Below, piece after piece: positions 58,818-64,000 of a stretch of 64,000 bases of DNA. The translations under genes were made by a program, and so were the position numbers. Origin of the DNA: a virus; the IMG/VR virus record IMGVR_UViG_3300022927_000015, positions 1 through 64,000 of that record. One strand, given 5' to 3'. The notes beneath the pieces are model-generated. The model was not told the DNA's origin. It saw nothing but the letters and a program-made list of their open reading frames with translations, and ran no database searches. Numbering within the stretch: position 1 is the stretch's first letter; each line of letters begins with the position of its first letter.

Positions 58818-60140
58818 TTAACAGTCTCTACCATTCTCGTATATGTGTTTCACTACCGGGAAGCGGAGCGAATAACCACCCATCTGATTTTGCGATTCCT
58901 CAAAGTATTGAACAGTTACAGTCTTACCGATGAGTTCATCATGGCGAGTAAGATAGTATTCTCGTTGTTCTTTAGAGAACCCAGATCCTACTGATACCCG
59001 GTACCCTTTATGTTCAATAATGATATTACTTAGACCTTCCTTTTCAATCTGTTGACCGTTTTCAGTCCATCTCATGGTGCCGTTAGCACATTCCAATACC
59101 GTGTATTCAGCATCATGGAATTTCTTAACCTTCAGTAGGTTGTGGCTTCTCTTACCTTCATAACCGATATCCTTACGAACCATGATACCTTCAAACCCAG
59201 CCTCTTCGGCTTCTTTGACCATTTCGGTAAACTGTTCTTCGGTAGTCAATTGAACCTGTGGTAAGAATTCCAACATATCAGAGTTAATATTTTCTGGTAG
59301 GCGGTCATATCCGTTGCGGAGTCTTTCAGTAAGAGGTGTGGTACCAACCTTATCATCAAATTCATCTAAGGTTAAGTAATCAAATACAAAGAACTTAGGA
59401 TTTTCAATTTGATGATTCTTCTTTCGGATCTGTTTCATAATTCCTTGGAAGTCTTCATTACCATCTTTATCCACCATACAGATTTCTCCATCTAGGATAA
59501 AGTCTCCACCTATCTTAGAAATTTCATCGGCAAGTTTACCTAGAGTTTCAAATTCTTTTCCGTTCCTTGAGAAGAATGTAACTGTGTTCATTTCCTTACG
59601 GCAGATACAACGGACACCATCCAATTTTCTAGAACCGTACCATTCTCCACTTTGAAAATCCACTCTGTTTGGGTTGTAGGCATTTGCCAAAGCCACCTTA
59701 AAGGTAGGAATAAGTTCTGGGTGGATTGCCTTATTGATAGAGGTAGTGCCACAGCCCATATTCAGATCCCGGTTAAGAATTGAATAAATAACGGTCTCCC
59801 ATTCTGGCCATTCTTGAATGAAGCGGTTTACATTAGCAATTGCAGAGTGACCAGTACAGACCCGGTTTCTAAGATCGTCTAATAATGTGAAGATACTACC
59901 GTAAGTAAAGCGATGTCCTAGAAGATCCGAATTCTTTCTACAGTTCTTTGGGGTAACATTGTACTTATAGTAAGGATTGTAGGTATAGAAGAAAACCTTT
60001 TGAAGAAATTCTCTATCCTCATTCTCCTCAGAATTGTCAGCATATTTTTTGAGGGTTGCAATTTTATGATTCCCTGAAGAAGATGATTGCATTTCTTCTA
60101 GGAAGGATTGCAGATAATTGAGATTTGTGTATTCAGTCAT
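58818..60140 (-). CDS. gp30: ATP-dependent DNA ligase
   Basis: SRKLDGVR, FSRNGK, LDGEI, FVFD, EGIMVR, LLKVKK, VGSGFS, SLRFP. Confidence 0.95.
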   Translation of the reverse strand: MTEYTNLNYLQSFLEEMQSSSSGNHKIATLKKYADNSEENEDREFLQKVFFYTYNPYYKYNVTPKNCRKNSDLLGHRFTYGSIFTLLDDLRNRVCTGHSAIANVNRFIQEWPEWETVIYSILNRDLNMGCGTTSINKAIHPELIPTFKVALANAYNPNRVDFQSGEWYGSRKLDGVRCICRKEMNTVTFFSRNGKEFETLGKLADEISKIGGDFILDGEICMVDKDGNEDFQGIMKQIRKKNHQIENPKFFVFDYLTLDEFDDKVGTTPLTERLRNGYDRLPENINSDMLEFLPQVQLTTEEQFTEMVKEAEEAGFEGIMVRKDIGYEGKRSHNLLKVKKFHDAEYTVLECANGTMRWTENGQQIEKEGLSNIIIEHKGYRVSVGSGFSKEQREYYLTRHDELIGKTVTVQYFEESQNQMGGYSLRFPVVKHIYENGRDC

Positions 60141-60223
60141 ATTCCGTTTAAATTTGTATATTATAAATATAATACAAATAATTGGGAATTGAAAATTTTT
60201 CTAGGACTTTTTTCAAAAAGTTA

Positions 60224-61099
60224 TTAACAATTTTCAACTAAGTCTTTTATTCCATCCTTATACAAAACATCAAGTAAATGCAAATCTTTTTTAGCTTGGT
60301 TAAAGTTATGTATGATCGCAGGCATACAGGAATCGTAATATTCTTTTGTCAATTTATTACTTGTTAAAATATCATAAATCTCATTAACGTTCTGAAAAAA
60401 TATCATACCAGAAGTATCGTAATGTTCCCACTGTGGGTGGTGTTCCGTTGACCATATAATAGGAATGGTACCAGTTAAAAAACTATCATTGCATTTTTCT
60501 GTTATAATAAATGAATCTTCGTTGTCTATTACCACTTCATACATATAATCTTTTAAGCCATCGATCTTTTCTTTAGGATTATTAAATTCTATTAAGTTAG
60601 ATCTATCGGCACTAACTAGGTTTCTTATTTCTTGTCTAAGAGTATGTCCAGTTAGACCAAAGTTCTTATGAGACCAAATAGCAGTAACTAACTTAGTTTT
60701 ATTGTAAATTTTTTGATCATTTTCACTAATCCATGTTTCACCGCTTAGTTTATAGTATTTATGTTTTTTGTAACTATCACTCCACCTAAACATTGCAGGA
60801 TAATGACTAAAGATAAGATCAAATATATCACCGTTATAATGTACCCATCTATAAAAATCTATCATTAACGGCTGCGGTTCAAGCATAACTAAAACATTAT
60901 GTTTATGCCCTAATGATTTAACATACTCTCCTAGTTTTTGTGGGGTATTAATTGGGTGAGAAGGTATTCCATAATCAATAAAGATACCTAAGTCTACTTT
61001 TTCATTAGTAAAATCAATATACTTGCTTTCATGCTTATATGACCATGCTCTTTCTATTACTGATGGCCAATATAAATTTGCTTTAATCTTTTTATCCAT
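60224..61099 (-). CDS. Glycosyltransferase family 10 (fucosyltransferase)-like protein
   Basis: EKIDGLKDYMYEVVIDN..FIITEKCNDSFLTGTIPIIW is a divergent GT10 C-terminal motif. Confidence 0.65.
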   Translation of the reverse strand: MDKKIKANLYWPSVIERAWSYKHESKYIDFTNEKVDLGIFIDYGIPSHPINTPQKLGEYVKSLGHKHNVLVMLEPQPLMIDFYRWVHYNGDIFDLIFSHYPAMFRWSDSYKKHKYYKLSGETWISENDQKIYNKTKLVTAIWSHKNFGLTGHTLRQEIRNLVSADRSNLIEFNNPKEKIDGLKDYMYEVVIDNEDSFIITEKCNDSFLTGTIPIIWSTEHHPQWEHYDTSGMIFFQNVNEIYDILTSNKLTKEYYDSCMPAIIHNFNQAKKDLHLLDVLYKDGIKDLVENC

Positions 61100-61343
61100 T
61101 TTTCAGTTGATCTTGTATATCTTTTATCTTAGCACATCTTTCATAGTCTTCCTTTTCTTCAAAGTGTTTTAAGATTCTATCTAAACTATGGATCTTATGC
61201 TTAGCAGTTTTTTCATCGTAGTGCAATACTTGGTCAGGAAACATAGTGATTACATTGTAACATAAGATCATATAATGGTCCCAGTCTCCATGTTCAAGTT
61301 GAGCCAATAGGGCTTTTAGAAATTCATCATCATTAAATGCCAT
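61092..61343 (-). CDS. UvrB/UvrC (UVR) motif small protein
   Basis: FEEKEDYERCAKIKDI matches the UVR coiled-coil motif. Confidence 0.65.
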   Translation of the reverse strand: MAFNDDEFLKALLAQLEHGDWDHYMILCYNVITMFPDQVLHYDEKTAKHKIHSLDRILKHFEEKEDYERCAKIKDIQDQLKNG

Positions 61344-62145
61344 CTTGTATATCTTTCATTCTTTTAACTAACTCCTCTTGTTCTTCTGTTAAGCTTTGTG
61401 GTATATCAACTAAAACATTAACAAAGAAGTCACCATATACGTTAGGATTATGATAACTAGGAAAACCTTTACTTTTAATTCTTAGCATTGTTCCATTCCT
61501 TACACACTTAGGTATAGTATAGCTTATGGTTTTGTCAAATACTTTAATCTCGTCTTTCGTTCCTAGTAAAGCATCATAAAGATTTACGTGCTTTATTGTA
61601 TGTAAGCCTTTTTGGTCCAGGTAAAAATTTGGATCATCTTGGATAAGAACAGTTAAGATAAGATCCCCGTTCTGCTCTTCTGTCATTCCTCTTTGGCCTA
61701 ATCCTTTAAGCCTCATCTTTTGACCTGGCTTAACACCACGACTAATATTAACACTTACTGTTTTTGTACCTAGTCTTATTTCTCTCCTAGTACCTAAATA
61801 AGCTTCTTCTAATGTAATATAGACTTGAGCATTTACATTACCCCCTTTACCATTAAAGCCATACCTCTGATTGAACATATCAGAAAACCCACCACCGTTT
61901 GCATTCCTAACAAACTCATCAAAGAATGCATCGTCAAAACTGCTAAAAGGGTTTGAATTAAATCTTGCTTTTTTCTTAGGGTCAGTTAATACATCATAAG
62001 CCTCAGCTATATCTTTAAACTTAGACTCGTCACCACCTCTATCAGGGTGATGCTCTTTTGCTAATTGCCTATATGCTTTTTTAATATCTGCATCAGATGC
62101 ATCTCTGCTAATTCCTAGTATTTGATAAGGATCTTTCATTTCCAA
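61333..62145 (-). CDS. dnaJ: DnaJ/CbpA-like class B J-domain chaperone
   Basis: DPYQILG, IKKAYRQLAKEHHPD, G/F-rich linker, C-terminal substrate domains, no Zn finger. Confidence 0.92.
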   Translation of the reverse strand: MEMKDPYQILGISRDASDADIKKAYRQLAKEHHPDRGGDESKFKDIAEAYDVLTDPKKKARFNSNPFSSFDDAFFDEFVRNANGGGFSDMFNQRYGFNGKGGNVNAQVYITLEEAYLGTRREIRLGTKTVSVNISRGVKPGQKMRLKGLGQRGMTEEQNGDLILTVLIQDDPNFYLDQKGLHTIKHVNLYDALLGTKDEIKVFDKTISYTIPKCVRNGTMLRIKSKGFPSYHNPNVYGDFFVNVLVDIPQSLTEEQEELVKRMKDIQDGI

Positions 62146-62480
62146 AATATCTGTACACAGACCAAAGCCATCGCTAAAAGTAGAGACACTATTGTTTTTA
62201 AGTTAATACCTTCACCTAGAAAAATGTAAGTGCATAAAGCAAAGACAACTATTCCACTTGAAAACCCAATAAACCTACCAGGCCAAAGCACCCCACCGAA
62301 ATGGGTAACCACAGCTGCTGTTGCTTTAATAAAAATGTAACTAGCCAAAGTCCCAAATATGATTGAGATAGTCCATGGGTTTTCTTTAAACCAAGGCCAC
62401 ACAAATTGACCGTTAGATTGGAACCATATTAGACATTGTCCAATAAAGAAAAGAATAAATGCAAGTATTAAATTATTCAT
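62136..62480 (-). CDS. Small four-TM membrane protein (DMT/SMR-like); probable start 62480
   Basis: Four hydrophobic segments; FLGEGINLKTIVSLLL is DMT-like. Confidence 0.6.
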   Translation of the reverse strand: MNNLILAFILFFIGQCLIWFQSNGQFVWPWFKENPWTISIIFGTLASYIFIKATAAVVTHFGGVLWPGRFIGFSSGIVVFALCTYIFLGEGINLKTIVSLLLAMALVCVQIFWK

Positions 62481-62751
62481 TAGTGTAATATTTGTAGCCG
62501 TCACGTTCTGCATGACTTAACCACATATCTAAGTCTTTGGCAGTTATCCAACTTGAGTTACTAAAATCATTATCTCCTTTTTTCTCTGACCTATAGATGT
62601 TCATAAACCATCTTTCATCAGGATCCTTTTTATCTATCTCCCACCAATACCACACTCTTTGCCAAGATCTAGGTTTCTTTAGGTAGCATTTTTTACCTTC
62701 ATCTAAAGCTTTAAGAAATTCCTCCTTACTTATCGGACTGTCTTTCTTCAT
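62473..62751 (-). CDS. Trp-rich hypothetical protein
   Basis: 92 aa ORF in a coupled operon. Confidence 0.55.
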   Translation of the reverse strand: MKKDSPISKEEFLKALDEGKKCYLKKPRSWQRVWYWWEIDKKDPDERWFMNIYRSEKKGDNDFSNSSWITAKDLDMWLSHAERDGYKYYTNE

Positions 62752-62923
62752 TGAGCTTTTTCATTTGTAATGTTTTAAGCTTTTCATCAAGCTTAAACTT
62801 CTTTTCTTCTAATAGGTTAGCCTTTTCCATCTGAGAACTAATCTTTTCCAAAACAGACACGAGTTTAGGAATATCCGATTCGTAGTATTTTCGGCCCATT
62901 GAGGTTCTAAAAAAATCTGACAT
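62726..62923 (-). CDS. Small hypothetical protein (MSDFFRTSMGRKYYESDIPKL...)
   Basis: ATG at 62923 with an A-rich leader and upstream TGAAACTAAGT element; the longer ORF call overlaps a plus-strand gene. Confidence 0.65.
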   Translation of the reverse strand: MSDFFRTSMGRKYYESDIPKLVSVLEKISSQMEKANLLEEKKFKLDEKLKTLQMKKLNEERQSDK

Positions 62924-62936
62924 AATAAGTTGTTTA

Positions 62937-62979
62937 TTTTTATATGTTATTTCATGACTTAGTTTCATGAATATATAAT
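62937..62979. promoter_or_regulatory. Divergent promoter region: minus-strand TGAAACTAAGT...CATATAAA and plus-strand GAATATATAAT
   Basis: Strand switch point; 11-mer at 62957..62967; GAATATATAAT at 62969..62979, 16 nt before the plus-strand ATG. Confidence 0.65.
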
Positions 62980-62994
62980 CAAAATAACTATCAT

Positions 62995-63498
62995 ATGAAA
63001 AAAGTACCATTATTTGAAGATTTTGTACCGGTAGGATTTGGTGGAGATAATGCTGCATCGTTTTCTTTAGGCGGTGTAAACAATGTAGAGACCGGATATA
63101 ACATGGATGCCATCGTAGGTCCTGTGGATCAATGCTGTAACCATGTAGCTGAACAGGCAAATATGTATGAGACAAATGATAACCCAGATCATACAGCAGA
63201 ATCTTACATTAAAGAAGCCAAGAAACACATTAACGATAAGATTGATGAAGCATGTGAAAACTATAGTGCAACTAATGAAGGTACTATTAATGAAGGTACT
63301 GATATTGGTTCTTGGAATCAAGGTGGAGTTAGAGGTAACGAAAATGTTTTAGTAACTACTTTTGCTGGCCCTAAAGATATTGAAGATTTTGGCTTAGGTA
63401 GAAAATGTATGCAAATAAATGTAGGGAGAAGCTATGTACAATTAAACCCAGCAGATATTGTAGAACTAAAAGAACTTCTTAAAAACTATAAAGTGTAA
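62995..63498 (+). CDS. Hypothetical protein with CTS-like N-terminus
   Basis: MKKVPLFEDFV; internal TNEG/INEG sites; promoter motif upstream. Confidence 0.7.
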   Translation: MKKVPLFEDFVPVGFGGDNAASFSLGGVNNVETGYNMDAIVGPVDQCCNHVAEQANMYETNDNPDHTAESYIKEAKKHINDKIDEACENYSATNEGTINEGTDIGSWNQGGVRGNENVLVTTFAGPKDIEDFGLGRKCMQINVGRSYVQLNPADIVELKELLKNYKV

Positions 63499-63500
63499 TT

Positions 63501-63698
63501 ATGAGCATACCTAAATTTAATGAATATGTAAACGAAGCAATGGTTCAGGTTGCTGGTGATAAGAAACCTGCAGGTGCAAAGATTTTAGCAAGTGAAATTG
63601 TTGATAAATTAGAAAGCGCAAAAATGCTTAAACCTGGTGCTAATATCAACGCTGTTAAAAACGCAGTACAAATGATCATCATGGATACAACATTTTAA
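63501..63698 (+). CDS. Small hypothetical protein with CTS-like N-terminus
   Basis: Begins MSIPKFNEYVNEA. Confidence 0.7.
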   Translation: MSIPKFNEYVNEAMVQVAGDKKPAGAKILASEIVDKLESAKMLKPGANINAVKNAVQMIIMDTTF

Positions 63699-63701
63699 GA
63701 G

Positions 63702-64000
63702 ATGGCATTTAGAAGAATATCATATACAAACGGAGACCCATTAATCAACGAAAACTGGGCATACTACTTTTCTGAATCTTCTGAGGGTGCGGAGTATGAA
63801 ATTTTATATGAAGATACCGCCAACACCTTAATTAATACAAACTCGGATTTAGTTCTAAATAAGTATCAAGATTTCTATAACTCACTATCACCCGGTTTAA
63901 GTGTTTTGTTAATTGGTTACGGTATTGGTAACCCGGTAGATACAATTGCAGCTAATGGTTGTACTCTAACAATCATGGAGAAATATCAAGCGGTGATAGA
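63702..64000 (+). CDS. Class I SAM-dependent methyltransferase/spermidine-synthase-like protein, partial
   Basis: Not in the ORF track. MAFRRISYTNG...SVLLIGYGIG...TLTIMEKY gives a GxGxG motif plus an acidic residue after strand 2; open to the window end. Confidence 0.6.
   Translation, partial: MAFRRISYTNGDPLINENWAYYFSESSEGAEYEILYEDTANTLINTNSDLVLNKYQDFYNSLSPGLSVLLIGYGIGNPVDTIAANGCTLTIMEKYQAVI

Noticed and set aside
62924-63175. N-terminal extension of ORF 62726..63175
   Set aside because: It overlaps the divergent promoter region and the plus-strand gene 62995..63498; the ATG at 62923 has a proper leader.
1-64000. Stop-codon reassignment (as in some large phages)
   Set aside because: Conserved genes are full length under the standard code, coding density is high, and TAA, TGA and TAG all end genes at sensible positions.
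1-64000. tRNA/rRNA genes, integrase, transposase or DGR reverse transcriptase
   Set aside because: No intergenic gap shows a cloverleaf or T-loop signature by eye and no ORF has the relevant motifs; tRNAscan-SE would be needed to fully exclude tRNAs.

Overview
This AT-rich window is almost entirely coding on the minus strand and comes from a large T4-related (myovirus-like, probably jumbo) bacteriophage using the standard genetic code. The host is plausibly Bacteroidota; this is an inference from the A-rich, mostly Shine-Dalgarno-less leaders and the phage-encoded ribosomal S1 homolog. From left to right it contains: collagen-like fibre genes; a DUF3008 / HxGH nucleotidyltransferase / tandem RNA-ligase-fold cluster with an acidic protein; a replication block (UvsW, UvsY, primase, gp32, GroES, RuvC-like); a long tail/baseplate/neck block (gp6, gp25, gp13, gp5 and large baseplate proteins) interrupted by an amidoligase and a four-domain S1 protein; a second collagen fibre; dCMP deaminase, HAD phosphatase, DNA ligase, a GT10-like glycosyltransferase and DnaJ; then a switch to plus-strand genes. 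Four signals stand out. (1) A recurrent T4 capsid-targeting-like peptide motif marks about 10 proteins, including enzymes and apparent polyproteins, suggesting a virion-packaged, protease-processed enzyme cargo. (2) A phage promoter motif, GAATATATAA, is in several cases nested in RNA hairpins that cover the translation start. (3) A second exact 11-mer, TGAAACTAAGT, recurs, with one copy pointing into a non-coding AT-rich tract. (4) The gp32 leader carries about 12-nt-periodic GGCA repeats. All product calls come from motif recognition by eye; no database searches were run.
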